This document shows positions 10,119 to 20,724 of a DNA stretch of 64,000 bases, piece after piece; the first letter of the stretch is position 1, and each line of letters opens with the position of its first letter. The stretch lies in the NCBI GenBank assembly GCA_964402895.1, contig CAYODR010000001.1, positions 53,641 through 117,640 on the forward strand, given 5' to 3'. The notes below the pieces were generated by a model, which was not told the DNA's origin, did not search any database, and was given only the letters and a program-made list of their open reading frames with translations. The translations under genes were made by a program, and so were the position numbers. This DNA is from an uncultured Candidatus Saccharibacteria bacterium (GTDB taxonomy: Bacteria; Patescibacteriota; Minisyncoccia; Phycocordibacterales; UBA9973).

Positions 10119-11309
10119 ATGCTTGAATTTAATATTGAGAAAAAATTAGAAAATACTTTAGCTCGTGTTGGAGAGATAAAAACAAGAAATGGCTCTATCA
10201 AAACACCGGCTTTTGTGACAGTGGGTACAAAAGCTGCAGTTAAGGCTTTGACTGCTGAGCAGGTGAGAGATTTAAATGCTCAGGTAGTACTCGCAAATAC
10301 ATATCATTTATATTTACAACCCGGTGAAGATATCATAGATAAAGCGGGTGGCTTTGCAAAATTCATGGATTGGCATGGTCCGACCATGACAGACTCTGGA
10401 GGTTTTCAGGCTTTTTCATTAGGTGCTGCTTTTGGAAGTGCAGTCAGTAAAGTGACGCGGGGCAATGATGCTCCACTTGAAAATATATCTCATACAAAAG
10501 GACAGCTCGCACTGGTGACAGATGAAGGTGTAGAATTTAAAAGTCATATAGATGGTACAAAGCATTTATTTACTCCAGAAAAAAGTATGGAGATACAATG
10601 GAAACTCGGAGCAGATATGATATTTGCTTTTGATGAATGTACAAGCCCAACCGCTCCTTATCAATATCAAAAAGAATCTCTGGATAGAACCTATGAATGG
10701 GCAAAGAGATCACTTAAAAGACATGAAGAACTTGACCCCGATAAAAAGCAATCTATTTTTGGTGTTATTCAGGGAGGAAGATTTCAGGATTTGAGAGAGC
10801 ATGCGGCTAAGAGTTTAGGAGAGCTTCCGTTTGATGGATTTGGTATTGGTGGGTCTTTCACCAAAGATGACATCGGTACTGCTGTAGCTTGGGTTAATCA
10901 AAATCTTCCAGAAAATAAACCCAGACACTTACTCGGAATAGGTGAGCCTATTGATTTATTTAATGCGGTAGAAGCTGGATGTGATTTATTTGATTGTATT
11001 GCACCAACTCGCATGGGCAGGCACGGTAGTGCACATACTTTTAATGGAAAAATCAATTTAAAAAATGCGAAGTTTATAGAAGATTTTACTCCACTAGATG
11101 ATGGGTGTACTTGTTATACTTGTAAGCATCATACAAAAGCTTATATTGCGCATTTATTTAGAGCAAAAGAATCAAATGCCGGTACTCTTTTATCAATTCA
11201 CAATTTACATTTTATTTTAAGATTGCTAGAAAATATCAGGCAGTCTATAATAGATGAAAACTTTTTTGATTTTAAGAAAAAATTTATAAATAACTATTAT
11301 AAAAAATAA
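10119..11309 (+). CDS. tgt: queuine tRNA-ribosyltransferase
   Basis: LANTYHLYLQPG, DSGGFQ, zinc site CTCYTCKHHTKAY. Confidence 0.9.
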   Translation: MLEFNIEKKLENTLARVGEIKTRNGSIKTPAFVTVGTKAAVKALTAEQVRDLNAQVVLANTYHLYLQPGEDIIDKAGGFAKFMDWHGPTMTDSGGFQAFSLGAAFGSAVSKVTRGNDAPLENISHTKGQLALVTDEGVEFKSHIDGTKHLFTPEKSMEIQWKLGADMIFAFDECTSPTAPYQYQKESLDRTYEWAKRSLKRHEELDPDKKQSIFGVIQGGRFQDLREHAAKSLGELPFDGFGIGGSFTKDDIGTAVAWVNQNLPENKPRHLLGIGEPIDLFNAVEAGCDLFDCIAPTRMGRHGSAHTFNGKINLKNAKFIEDFTPLDDGCTCYTCKHHTKAYIAHLFRAKESNAGTLLSIHNLHFILRLLENIRQSIIDENFFDFKKKFINNYYKK

Positions 11310-11333
11310 AAAAGTAGTATAATTGATTGCAGT

Positions 11334-11474
11334 ATGATACAGCTTCACACAACATTATTTTATTTACTCATTTTTACCATTGTTTCTTCTTTTGTTGCTT
11401 ATAAGACAGTCATTCATGCTTATGATGTGGCTTATGCTGAGTATGAAATTGCAGAAACAATAAGAGTTAGATAA
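11334..11474 (+). CDS. candidate small single-TM protein (46 aa)
   Basis: ORF MIQLHTTLFYLLIFTIVSSFVAYKTVIHAYDVAYAEYEIAETIRVR; TATAAT at 11318-11323 gives a near-leaderless transcript; below the ORF-track size cutoff. Confidence 0.3.
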   Translation: MIQLHTTLFYLLIFTIVSSFVAYKTVIHAYDVAYAEYEIAETIRVR

Positions 11475-11511
11475 AATTCATTATATAACACTTTCATGCT
11501 AAAGTGATTCT

Positions 11512-13587
11512 ATGAAAAAAGATTCTTTTGAATTGAAAAGTGATTTTTCGCCCGCAGGCGATCAGCCTGTAGCTATTAAAAAGCTTTTATCTGGTTTAAA
11601 AAATGGGTTTAAAAAGCAAACCCTTCTTGGGGCTACTGGTACGGGGAAGACTTTTACAATGGCAAATATCATTCAAGAGGTTCAAAAACCAACCCTTGTG
11701 ATCGCTCACAATAAAACTCTAGCAGCACAATTAGCTAGTGAGTTTGAAGAATTTTTTCCAAACAATGCCGTGCATTATTTTGTTTCTTATTATGACTACT
11801 ATCAACCCGAAGCATATCTACCCACTACCGATACTTTTATTGAAAAAGATGCACAGATAAATAAAGAGATAGATAGACTTCGTCATGCGACAACTCAAGC
11901 TCTTTTAACTCGTAAAGATGTGATTATTGTTGCATCTGTTTCTTGTATTTATGGTCTGGGTTCGCCCGTACAATATGAGAAAGTGAATTTTAAAATTGAG
12001 AAAGGTATGAAGATTTCTCGTACTGATGCAATGAAAAGACTTATCAGTATTCATTTTGAAAGAACAAATGCGGATTTATCTCCGGGTATGTTTCGCGCAC
12101 TTGGAAATAAGATAGAGGTAATGCCAATATCTGAGACAATACAATACTTAATAGAATTTTCTGGGGACACTGTATCTAGAATTATTAAAATAAATCCAAT
12201 ATCTTCAAAAATTATTGAAGAAGATTTAGAAAGCATTTTTATTTTCCCAGCTAAGCACTTTATCACTGACCCAATAGAAAAAGAAAGAGCTATCAAAGAT
12301 ATAAAAGTAGAGCTTGAAAAGCAATTAAAAGTTTTTGAAAAAGAAGGGAAACTTTTAGAAGCAGAGAGACTAAAGCGTCGCACCAATTATGATTTAGCCA
12401 TGATACGCGAGGTTGGATATTGTAATGGTATTGAGAATTATTCTAGACATTTTTCTGGTAAAGATGTAGGTGAACCACCAGAAACTTTGCTTTCGTATTT
12501 TCCGCATAAAGAGGATGGCACTCCAGATTTTATGCTTTTTATAGATGAAAGCCATGTGAGTATTCCGCAAATTGGTGCAATGTATGCAGGCGATGCCTCA
12601 AGAAAAAGTACACTTGTAGAGTATGGCTTTAGACTTCCTAGTGCTAAAGACAATAGACCACTTAAATTTAATGAGTTTGAAGAAAGAATAAGTCAAGCAG
12701 TATATGTCTCTGCTACACCAGGGAATTTTGAAAAAGAAAATTCTGAGCAAATAGTAGAGCAAATCATTCGTCCGACAGGGCTTGTTGACCCACTAGTTGA
12801 GGTGCGTCCAATACTTGAGTCTGGAAAATATCAAGGACAAGTACATGACTTTATTCTTGAAGTAGAAAAAGAAATCAAAAAGGGCGGTAGAGTTTTGGCG
12901 ACCACACTAACTAAAAAAATGGCAGAGGATTTGTCGGAGTATTTAAAAGAAAAAAAGATAAAAGCCGAATATCTTCACAGTGATGTAAAAACTATTGAAA
13001 GAATACAAATCATTACAAAGTTTAGACGCGGAGATTTTGATGTGCTTGTAGGAGTAAACTTACTTCGTGAGGGTCTAGATATGCCAGAGGTCACGCTTAT
13101 TGGAATTCTTGATGCCGATAAAGAAGGCTTCTTGCGTAGTGAAGTATCGCTCATTCAGACAATTGGTCGTGCGGCTAGAAATGCAAATGGTAGAGTGATA
13201 CTTTATGCTGATCTGATCACGGGCTCAATGGAGCGAGCGATGAACGAGACCAAAAGGCGTAGAGATATACAACTTGCATACAATAAAGAGCATGGGATTA
13301 CACCTAAAACTATTGAAAAGAAAATCCGTGACATCAGTCAGGCACTTGAAAGTGATCATGCAAAAGCAGTGAACGCAAACCTTGAAAGAGATATGGAGCT
13401 TTTTGCCGCGGTTGAAGAAATGGGTAAAGCTAAAAAGAGTAGAGGAAAAAAGAATCCAATTGAAAAACTTATATCTTTAAAAGAGGCAGAAATGAAGGAG
13501 TCTGTAAAGCTATTAGACTTTGAAACTGCCGCAATTTTGCGTGATGAAATAAAGGTTTTGAGAGATAGGATGACTATTACAGAATAA
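11512..13587 (+). CDS. uvrB: excinuclease ABC subunit B
   Basis: Helicase motifs [10 protein letters not shown], UvrB interaction and C-terminal UVR domain; 691 aa. Confidence 0.95.
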   Translation: MKKDSFELKSDFSPAGDQPVAIKKLLSGLKNGFKKQTLLGATGTGKTFTMANIIQEVQKPTLVIAHNKTLAAQLASEFEEFFPNNAVHYFVSYYDYYQPEAYLPTTDTFIEKDAQINKEIDRLRHATTQALLTRKDVIIVASVSCIYGLGSPVQYEKVNFKIEKGMKISRTDAMKRLISIHFERTNADLSPGMFRALGNKIEVMPISETIQYLIEFSGDTVSRIIKINPISSKIIEEDLESIFIFPAKHFITDPIEKERAIKDIKVELEKQLKVFEKEGKLLEAERLKRRTNYDLAMIREVGYCNGIENYSRHFSGKDVGEPPETLLSYFPHKEDGTPDFMLFIDESHVSIPQIGAMYAGDASRKSTLVEYGFRLPSAKDNRPLKFNEFEERISQAVYVSATPGNFEKENSEQIVEQIIRPTGLVDPLVEVRPILESGKYQGQVHDFILEVEKEIKKGGRVLATTLTKKMAEDLSEYLKEKKIKAEYLHSDVKTIERIQIITKFRRGDFDVLVGVNLLREGLDMPEVTLIGILDADKEGFLRSEVSLIQTIGRAARNANGRVILYADLITGSMERAMNETKRRRDIQLAYNKEHGITPKTIEKKIRDISQALESDHAKAVNANLERDMELFAAVEEMGKAKKSRGKKNPIEKLISLKEAEMKESVKLLDFETAAILRDEIKVLRDRMTITE

Positions 13588-13636
13588 TACAACACAAGCA
13601 CTTCTTAAAAAGTCAAATATATGTTATTATTAAAAG

Positions 13637-16306
13637 ATGGCTGAAAATAAAAAACCTCCACTAAAGTCTCAGAAAAAGTCTCAAGAAGATGCAATTATCA
13701 TCCGTGGCGCTAGAACACACAATTTGAAAAATATTGATGTGAATATTCCTCGTGGCAAGATGACTGCTATTACTGGTCTTTCTGGTTCTGGAAAATCTTC
13801 GCTTGCTTTTGATACTATTTTTGCTGAAGGGCAAAGAAGATATGTTGAATCTCTTTCTTCATATGCAAGACAATTCTTAAATCAAATGCCAAAACCTGAA
13901 GTAGATGAAATCACAGGCTTATCTCCCGCAATATCTATTGATCAAAAATCTCGCTCAAACAATCCGCGTTCAACTGTGGCAACTATCACTGAGATATATG
14001 ACTATTTGCGTGTACTTTATGCTCGTGTAGGTAAGCCACATTGCCCGATATGCGGCACGCTTATTACTAGACTATCAAATGAAGAAATCAATAATTTTAT
14101 TTTAAATAAAATAAAAGAATTTTCAAAAGCGGGTAAAAATAAAAGAGTATTGGGTGTAGAGTACAATGATACTCGTATACAGATATACTCTCCAATAGTT
14201 CGTGGAAGAAAAGGTGAGTACTATCAACTACTTTATGATTTACTCAGTAAAGGATTTAGTACTGTGCGTGTAGATGGAAAAGTATTTTCTTTAAGAGAAA
14301 AGATAGATTTGTCTAAGACTATGAAGCATACCATTGAAGTACTTGTTGATGAGCTAGCTGTACATGAGTTTAAAGACAATAGCCGTGATGCTGAACTTAG
14401 ACTTTTTGAAGCTGTTGAGCGCGCACTACTTGAAAGTGATGGTCTTATACAAGTGGTCTTTGGTAATTCAGCGGATTTTGAAAAGCAGACAGAATCTATT
14501 GAAGAGTTTACGATGTCTTCAAAGTTTTCATGTCCTAATGATGGTTTCTCTTTTCCTGAAATAGAGCCTAGACTATTTTCTTTTAACTCGCCATATGGAG
14601 CATGTCCTGAGTGTAATGGTACCGGACTTAAATACTTTGGAGGAAAAGAAATATGTGATATATGTAATGGCAAAAGACTTCGTCCCGAAGCTTTGAATGT
14701 TTTCTTAGGGAAAGTAACTCATGATAAAGGAGGTATTTCACACGGTACTTCTATTGTTGAGTTTACAAATCTATCTACTGATCAAGCTTTTGAATTTTTG
14801 GCAGATTTAAAACTTACACCGAAAGAAAAAGAAATAGCAAAAGCAGTGATGAGAGAAATAGAAGACAGGCTTAGTTTCTTACTTGATGTTGGGCTTGAGT
14901 ATATCGCACTTAATCGCACCGCGAACACGCTTTCGGGTGGTGAGGCACAGAGAATAAGACTTGCTAGTCAGTTAGGAAGTCGTCTTGTGGGTGCGCTTTA
15001 TGTACTTGATGAGCCTACTATCGGATTACACCAAAGAGATAATGAGAAATTGATTAAGACACTTGAGGATTTGAGAGATATCGGCAACACTATTATTGTA
15101 GTTGAACATGATGAGGATACTATATATGCATCTGATTATCTTATAGATATTGGACCCAAGGCTGGTATTCATGGAGGTAATGTTGTAGTTCAAGGATATC
15201 TAGACAAGCTTTTATCTTCAAAGAAAAATGATTCTGGGTCGCTTACACTTGCATATCTTAGAAAAGAAGAAGAAGTTCCCGTGCCAGATATACGCAGAAA
15301 TGAAGAAAAAGGAACTCTGCGTGTAGTTGGGGCGAATCTTCACAATATCCAAAATCAAAATATAGATATACCACTTGGTAGGCTTGTGACTATTACGGGT
15401 GTTTCTGGATCTGGTAAGAGTACTTTTTTATATGATATTTTATATAAAAATCTACAAGCCAGGTTTGAAAGAAAATATAGAAGCGCACAGGTATTTAATT
15501 GTGCATCTTTTACTGGCACTGAATATTTGCAAAGAGCTATCATGATTGACCAATCTGCCATAGGTCGTACTCCTAGAAGTAATATTGCAACTTATACTGG
15601 AGCATTTACGCATATCAGAGATTTATTTGCCAATACTGAAGAAGCGCGTTTTCGTGGTTGGAAACAAAATAGATTTTCTTTCAATGTGAAGGGCGGAAGA
15701 TGTGAAGCTTGTCAGGGGCACGGGCAGATAGCGGTTGAAATGCATTTTTTGCCGACAGTATATGTGACTTGTGATGTCTGTAATGGAAAAAGATTTGATA
15801 AAGAAACTCTGACCGTAAAATACAAAGGTAAAAATATTTTTGAAGTACTTGAGATGACAGTTGAAGAAGCATTTATATTTTTCAATGACATACCGGCTGT
15901 ATCTGATAGATTAAAAACATTAAGTGATGTTGGACTTCACTATCTTGAGCTTGGGCAGTCTGCAACGACGCTCTCTGGCGGTGAAGCACAGAGGGTTAAA
16001 ATCGCTTCTGAACTTTACAGACCTTTTATAGAAAAAAGTATTTATTTATTAGATGAACCGACAGTTGGACTTCACTATGAAGATGTCAAAAATCTGATAG
16101 GTGTATTAAACAGACTTGTTAATAAAGGAAATACAGTGGTGGTGATTGAACACAATTTAGATTTAGTAAAATCATCAGATTGGATTATAGACTTTGGTCC
16201 TGAAGGTGGTGTTGGTGGTGGAAAAGTGATTGCTAAAGGTACTCCCGAAAATGTTGCTAACAATAAAAATTCACATACTGGAACATATCTCAAGAAAATT
16301 TTATAA
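13637..16306 (+). CDS. uvrA: excinuclease ABC subunit A
   Basis: Two ABC ATPase modules ([10 protein letters not shown] / [10 protein letters not shown]), Zn-finger cysteines, LSGGEAQR signatures; 889 aa. Confidence 0.95.
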   Translation: MAENKKPPLKSQKKSQEDAIIIRGARTHNLKNIDVNIPRGKMTAITGLSGSGKSSLAFDTIFAEGQRRYVESLSSYARQFLNQMPKPEVDEITGLSPAISIDQKSRSNNPRSTVATITEIYDYLRVLYARVGKPHCPICGTLITRLSNEEINNFILNKIKEFSKAGKNKRVLGVEYNDTRIQIYSPIVRGRKGEYYQLLYDLLSKGFSTVRVDGKVFSLREKIDLSKTMKHTIEVLVDELAVHEFKDNSRDAELRLFEAVERALLESDGLIQVVFGNSADFEKQTESIEEFTMSSKFSCPNDGFSFPEIEPRLFSFNSPYGACPECNGTGLKYFGGKEICDICNGKRLRPEALNVFLGKVTHDKGGISHGTSIVEFTNLSTDQAFEFLADLKLTPKEKEIAKAVMREIEDRLSFLLDVGLEYIALNRTANTLSGGEAQRIRLASQLGSRLVGALYVLDEPTIGLHQRDNEKLIKTLEDLRDIGNTIIVVEHDEDTIYASDYLIDIGPKAGIHGGNVVVQGYLDKLLSSKKNDSGSLTLAYLRKEEEVPVPDIRRNEEKGTLRVVGANLHNIQNQNIDIPLGRLVTITGVSGSGKSTFLYDILYKNLQARFERKYRSAQVFNCASFTGTEYLQRAIMIDQSAIGRTPRSNIATYTGAFTHIRDLFANTEEARFRGWKQNRFSFNVKGGRCEACQGHGQIAVEMHFLPTVYVTCDVCNGKRFDKETLTVKYKGKNIFEVLEMTVEEAFIFFNDIPAVSDRLKTLSDVGLHYLELGQSATTLSGGEAQRVKIASELYRPFIEKSIYLLDEPTVGLHYEDVKNLIGVLNRLVNKGNTVVVIEHNLDLVKSSDWIIDFGPEGGVGGGKVIAKGTPENVANNKNSHTGTYLKKIL

Positions 16307-16335
16307 AAAAATTCCCCACAAACTAAATTGCAGGG

Positions 16336-16382
16336 AATCATCATACGGCGGCGTATGATTAGGAATATTTTTTGTTTTTTAA
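16336..16382. terminator. bidirectional rho-independent terminator (uvrA / minus-strand small gene)
   Basis: Hairpin tcatacggcggcgtatga followed by a T-run on plus; a second hairpin attcccc…gggaat with a T-run on minus. Confidence 0.55.
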
Positions 16383-16550
16383 TTGGTAGTCAAAGAGAAA
16401 GACTCTCAGACCGATGACATACATCATGTATGTGAGGACTAATGCCACTATGGCACTATCCATGAATATTGAAATTATCGCAAATATCAAAATGGATAAC
16501 GGCGCTAATTCAATCGATAGCCTAAGGGCTAAGAATAGCAGAAATTTCAT
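16359..16550 (-). CDS. small hydrophobic membrane protein (~64 aa)
   Basis: MKFLLFLALRLSIELAPLSILIFAIISIFMD…; the internal Met is the likely start, since the track start at 16640 would overlap uvrC. Confidence 0.35.
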   Translation of the reverse strand: MKFLLFLALRLSIELAPLSILIFAIISIFMDSAIVALVLTYMMYVIGLRVFLFDYQLKNKKYS

Positions 16551-16597
16551 AACTTTATTAAATTGGTTAACTTCATTTATTATGATATCGTGAATAT

Positions 16598-17860
16598 ATG
16601 ATATGTCAAGACTTAAATAAAATAGATCTCCCAAACGCACCAGGTGTGTATTTTTGGCTTGGTAAGAAAGTGGATGCTGGCGGTATAAGTGGTAGAGAGA
16701 TACTTTATATTGGTAAAGCCACGAATTTGAAACAAAGAGTAAGGAGCTATTTTTCTGATGATTTGATCAATACTCGTGGTGCACATATTGTAGATATGGT
16801 TTTTAAGACGCAGGATATAACTTTTAGAGAGACAGATAGTGTACTTGAAGCTTTGATTCTAGAGGCTGAACTTATTAAAAAATATCAACCATACTACAAC
16901 AAACAAGAAAAGGATGATAAGAGTTTTAATTGTGTAGTCATTACCAAAGAAAACATCCCCAGAGTATTTTTAGTGCGCGAAAAAGATATAGACAAAAAAG
17001 AAAAGCAAGTGTATGTGACAAAAATAAGGCAGACTATCAAGTACGACACTATATATGGGCCATTCCCCAAAGGGAGTGCTATTCGTGAAGCTTTAAAAAT
17101 AATCAGAAGGATTTTCCCCTATGTAGATTTATCAAGTACAAAAAAAGATAGAAAAGAATTTTATAGACAAATAAAACTTGTACCGGATCTAGATACAGCT
17201 ATTGATATTGAAAATTATCAAAGAAATATCTCTAGTATAAAAATGATTTTTTCTGGAAAAATGAAAAAACTTCTTTCTACTCTTAAAAAAGAAATGAATA
17301 TTTTAGCTAAGGCAGAAAATTTTGAGGCCGCAGAAGATATCAAGAAAAAACTCTTTGCGCTTGAGCATATACAAGATGTGTCTTTGATTAAAAGAGAAAT
17401 CAATTATTTTGGAAATGATTTCTTTAGAATAGAAGCCTATGATGTGGCGCATACTTCTGGAAAAAATATGGTAGGGGCGATGGTTGTGGTAGAGAATGCT
17501 CAGTCTAATAAAAATGAATATCGTAAATTCAATATTAAAGGTTTTGATAAGGCCAATGATGCGGGAGCTTTAAAAGAAATGCTTACAAGAAGATTTACTC
17601 ATGTCCAGTGGAGATATCCAGATATGATTGTAGTAGACGGTAATCAAATACAAATGAATATTGCAAATGGTGTTTTAAAAGAAAATAATTTAAATATCCC
17701 TATTATAGCTGTCACCAAAGATGAAAGGCATAAACCAAAAAGTATAAGCGGAGATCAAAAACTTATAGAAAAATATAAATATGAAATCCTACTTGCAAAT
17801 AGTGAATCGCATAGGTTTGTCTTGAGTGAGCATAGAAAGAAAAGAGATAGTATTAGATAA
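16598..17860 (+). CDS. uvrC: excinuclease ABC subunit C, short form lacking C-terminal HhH domain
   Basis: GIY-YIG nuclease (GVYFW…ILYIGKATNLKQRVRSYF), UVR domain (FEAAEDIKKKLFALEHI), RNase H-like endonuclease domain; 420 aa with no (HhH)2 domain. Confidence 0.85.
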   Translation: MICQDLNKIDLPNAPGVYFWLGKKVDAGGISGREILYIGKATNLKQRVRSYFSDDLINTRGAHIVDMVFKTQDITFRETDSVLEALILEAELIKKYQPYYNKQEKDDKSFNCVVITKENIPRVFLVREKDIDKKEKQVYVTKIRQTIKYDTIYGPFPKGSAIREALKIIRRIFPYVDLSSTKKDRKEFYRQIKLVPDLDTAIDIENYQRNISSIKMIFSGKMKKLLSTLKKEMNILAKAENFEAAEDIKKKLFALEHIQDVSLIKREINYFGNDFFRIEAYDVAHTSGKNMVGAMVVVENAQSNKNEYRKFNIKGFDKANDAGALKEMLTRRFTHVQWRYPDMIVVDGNQIQMNIANGVLKENNLNIPIIAVTKDERHKPKSISGDQKLIEKYKYEILLANSESHRFVLSEHRKKRDSIR

Positions 17861-17905
17861 TTTATTTTTAAAAACCTTCAAAAATTTTAGATATCAATCA
17901 CTTCA

Positions 17906-18000
17906 AACAAAGCCTTTTTGCCGTCGGTGTATTTTTCTGAGGAAAAATCACCTGACTCTCGGACCAGTCGTCCTGCGAGACACGGCAAAAAGGCTTTGTT
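17906..18000 (+). ncRNA. candidate structured RNA / hairpin element 1 (18-bp perfect closing stem)
   Basis: AACAAAGCCTTTTTGCCG (17906-17923) pairs perfectly with CGGCAAAAAGGCTTTGTT (17983-18000). Inside are two nested sub-hairpins (ggtgtattttt/aaaaatcacc; ggac…gtcc within tctcg/cgaga). It is GC-rich relative to flanks and followed by TTTTCGTTCTT. Confidence 0.45.
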
Positions 18001-18036
18001 TTTCGTTCTTAAAATTTAAAAATACACAAAATGAAA

Positions 18037-18140
18037 AAACAAATATGTCTTTCTGGTGGGACTCGCGCAGCGCGACTGGTGCGAGCGTAGCAAAAACTCA
18101 GCAGAGTTTTATGCGTGCCCCCAGAAAGACATATTTGTTT
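18037..18140 (+). ncRNA. candidate structured RNA / hairpin element 2 (17-20-bp closing stem)
   Basis: CAAATATGTCTTTCTGG (18040-18056) pairs perfectly with CCAGAAAGACATATTTG (18121-18137). Internal hairpins ctcgc…gcgag and aaaactc-agcag-gagtttt; followed by TTTTGG. Confidence 0.45.
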
Positions 18141-18232
18141 TGGAATGGAGGACTTATCCGTGTCTAAAAATAGGAATGTATTTTGAAGCATATAGTGTTT
18201 GTTTGTAATAATATAAATGTTATAATAGTTTT

Positions 18233-19018
18233 ATGAAAAAATTAACCAACCTTTCAAAAAGTCTAATAGGAGGGTGCTATTCTAAAAAGAATCTCTCCGC
18301 TCTGAACAAATCCAAAGCTTTTACTTTGATTGAACTTCTTGTAGTAATAGCAATCATTGGAATATTAGCTACAGTGGTCATTGCATCTTTAAACTCAGCT
18401 CGCACTAAAGGAAGAGTAGCCGCTATTAAGTCCAATCTAAAGAATTTTCAGACTCAGGCAATAATGTACCATGCAGACAATGGGACTTTTGCTGGACTTT
18501 GTACATGGGTAGCACCATCTACTATTCAAACAGGTTATCATTCATCAGTTGAACCAATGATAGATGCTCTTAAGAATATTGCAGGAGATGAGAATGTACG
18601 CTGTGTTGTTCGTACTTCAAATGTTCCTAGTACTTCAGCTACACACTTTGTTGCAGCAGATGGACTTCAAGATAAAAATTTTGGTGTAGCAGTCTGGTTC
18701 AAAGGAAACCACTACGCTGTTGATGCTCAAAGCGTAATGACACTTGATTCTGCAAACAATGGTGCAGAAACAAACTGGGCTGAAGCAAATAATAGATGTG
18801 CTGCAGCAGGAAAGAGACTTCCCCCAATCGAAGTCTTTAAAGCCATATATGACTATAGTAGTACTGATGTAACTCAGTATGGGTTTGCAGCTAACCTTTG
18901 GTGGTCATCTACCCCTTCCGCTACCGAGTCCAGTATGGCTTATGCACAGAGTTTCACTAATGGTAATGTGAATAGGGGCGCTACTGTTCTTAACTTCCCC
19001 GTTCGTTGTGCCGCCTAG
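18233..19018 (+). CDS. type IV pilin-like protein (prepilin-type N-terminal methylation domain)
   Basis: A(F)TLIELLVVIAIIGILATVVIASL class III signal after an unusually long leader. C-terminal Cys pair (CAAAGK…VRCAA). TATAAT at 18213-18218 only ~15 nt before the ATG. Confidence 0.8.
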   Translation: MKKLTNLSKSLIGGCYSKKNLSALNKSKAFTLIELLVVIAIIGILATVVIASLNSARTKGRVAAIKSNLKNFQTQAIMYHADNGTFAGLCTWVAPSTIQTGYHSSVEPMIDALKNIAGDENVRCVVRTSNVPSTSATHFVAADGLQDKNFGVAVWFKGNHYAVDAQSVMTLDSANNGAETNWAEANNRCAAAGKRLPPIEVFKAIYDYSSTDVTQYGFAANLWWSSTPSATESSMAYAQSFTNGNVNRGATVLNFPVRCAA

Positions 19019-19057
19019 CATTCTTTATATTTTATATAATTGTGTTATTATCGACAC

Positions 19058-20113
19058 ATGTTTAGTGTGGCTAAAAAAGAAAAGGTAGCAGTAGGAATAT
19101 CTGGCGGAGTTGATTCTTCTGTCGCAGCATATTTACTTAAAAAGCAAGGCTATGATGTCATTGGTATTTTTGTGAAGACTTGGGCACCTGATTGGCTTCC
19201 TTGTACTTGGGTAGATGAGAAGCGTGATGCTATGCGTGTATGTGCACAGCTTGATATTCCATTTTATTTTCTTGATGCAGAAGAAGAATATAAAAAAGGA
19301 GTGGCTGAATATATGGTAGATGAATACAGAAAGGGTCGTACACCAAATCCTGATGTTTTCTGTAATAGAGTTATCAAGTTTGGCGCACTTTGGGATTATG
19401 CCCAGAAATTAGGTGCCACTAAAATCGCCACAGGTCACTATGTACAAATAGATGAACAAGGACTTAAAAAAGCAGTAGATGAAAGTAAGGATCAAGCGTA
19501 TTTTTTATGGATGCTACAAAAAGAGGAATTTAGTCATATAATATTTCCAATAGGGGGATATAAAAAAGAGGATGTTAGAAAAATTGCCAAAGAAGCAAAT
19601 CTTTTTACAACTGATAAAAAAGATAGTCAGGGAATATGTTTCTTGGGTGATGTGGATATGAGAGATTTTCTTTCACATTATATTGAGCAAAAAAAGGGTC
19701 AGGTTAAAAATCCAGAAGGCGAAATAATAGGCGAGCATGACGGAGTTTGGTTTTACACTATGGGCGAAAGACATGGTTTTACTATCACAACCAAAGATAC
19801 AGAAAGGAAAAAATATTATGTAGTTGGGAAAAATATAGAAGAAAATATTTTGATAGTAAGTCAAAATAAAAAATCAGATAATTTAAAAAATCCAACAATC
19901 AAGCTGGATAAAACATCTTGGCATACTGATTTTGATTTTGAAAAAAACTATACAGCACAGATAAGGTATCACGGAGAATTTATAAATTGTAAAATCAAAG
20001 ATACCGATACTATTGAGCTTCATACAGATGAACTGATATCACTCGGACAATCCGTTGTGATATATGATCAAAATAGAATAATTGGCGGGGGAATAATGGA
20101 ATCTATTCTTTAA
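19058..20113 (+). CDS. mnmA: tRNA-specific 2-thiouridylase MnmA
   Basis: PP-loop VAVGISGGVDSS, catalytic Cys residues; likely start MFSVAKKEK at 19058. Confidence 0.9.
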   Translation: MFSVAKKEKVAVGISGGVDSSVAAYLLKKQGYDVIGIFVKTWAPDWLPCTWVDEKRDAMRVCAQLDIPFYFLDAEEEYKKGVAEYMVDEYRKGRTPNPDVFCNRVIKFGALWDYAQKLGATKIATGHYVQIDEQGLKKAVDESKDQAYFLWMLQKEEFSHIIFPIGGYKKEDVRKIAKEANLFTTDKKDSQGICFLGDVDMRDFLSHYIEQKKGQVKNPEGEIIGEHDGVWFYTMGERHGFTITTKDTERKKYYVVGKNIEENILIVSQNKKSDNLKNPTIKLDKTSWHTDFDFEKNYTAQIRYHGEFINCKIKDTDTIELHTDELISLGQSVVIYDQNRIIGGGIMESIL

Positions 20114-20115
20114 GT

Positions 20116-20159
20116 AAAAGCATTTTGTTCTTGACAAGATGCTTTTATTGATATATTAT
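20116..20159 (+). promoter_or_regulatory. mnmA terminator hairpin with embedded consensus promoter TTGACA-17-TATTAT
   Basis: Stem aaaagcat(20116-20123)/atgctttt(20138-20145). TTGACA (20131-20136) sits in the loop and TATTAT at 20154-20159. Confidence 0.55.
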
Positions 20160-20205
20160 TTGGTGGAAATAAACCTTTCTGTACACATCAAAAATATATA
20201 ATATT

Positions 20206-20661
20206 ATGAAAAAGAAAATCTTTTTGTTTTTGGGAATAATGTTTTTATTCTCAGGAATTGCTGTAAGTCAGATTACTGACTTACATAGTCTAATCCATAA
20301 TGCTGGGGGGAGATTTAATTATCCAGTATTGAATTTGGGCCGTACATATCCAAATTCAGATGGTACATGGAAAATTCAAGGTCAGGTCATTTTTGACCGG
20401 ACTAGTGGCCCTAATTATTCATATGGTGGATATAATCAGAATTATAATTACACTGATTATGAATATCAGATGAGAGAATTGCAAAGAATCAGATATCAGC
20501 AGATGCTTGATGAATTGATTTATCAAGAAAATGCTAGGCGCAGCATGTATCCCACATATCCACTTCATTTAAATATGAATAGAGGAGGATATTATCCTGG
20601 TGGTGGATATTATCATAGACCACCACCGCCAGTGAAAAAAAGGTTCTATAGAAGATATTAG
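20206..20661 (+). CDS. secreted Tyr/Gly/Asn-rich low-complexity protein
   Basis: Signal peptide MKKKIFLFLGIMFLFSGIAVSQ; YGGYNQNYNYTDYEYQ and GGYYPGGGYYHRPPPP repeats. Confidence 0.6.
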   Translation: MKKKIFLFLGIMFLFSGIAVSQITDLHSLIHNAGGRFNYPVLNLGRTYPNSDGTWKIQGQVIFDRTSGPNYSYGGYNQNYNYTDYEYQMRELQRIRYQQMLDELIYQENARRSMYPTYPLHLNMNRGGYYPGGGYYHRPPPPVKKRFYRRY

Positions 20662-20687
20662 GTTAGGTTAGTTTTCATAGTTGCCCG

Positions 20688-20724
20688 ATCCCGTCCTTGC
20701 ATTCGCATTGGACGGGATTTTTTG
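20688..20724 (+). terminator. rho-independent terminator
   Basis: atcccgtcc / ggacgggat stem followed by TTTTTTG. Confidence 0.7.

Noticed and set aside
17906-18140. Possibility that the GC-rich hairpins are SRP RNA, 6S RNA, tmRNA or RNase P RNA
   Set aside because: There is no GGAA tetraloop or AGGUCAGG/AGCAGCC domain-IV motif for SRP. There is no end-to-end closing helix with a central bubble for 6S. There is no tRNA-like 3' end (GGTTCGA…CCA) or tag ORF for tmRNA. There is no RNase P conserved region. The elements are left unclassified.
17826-18191. ORFs 17826-18167 (+) and 18009-18191 (-) across the uvrC-pilin spacer
   Set aside because: They span the two long inverted repeats. Their composition and reading frames are dictated by the hairpin arms, so they are treated as structured non-coding DNA or RNA instead.
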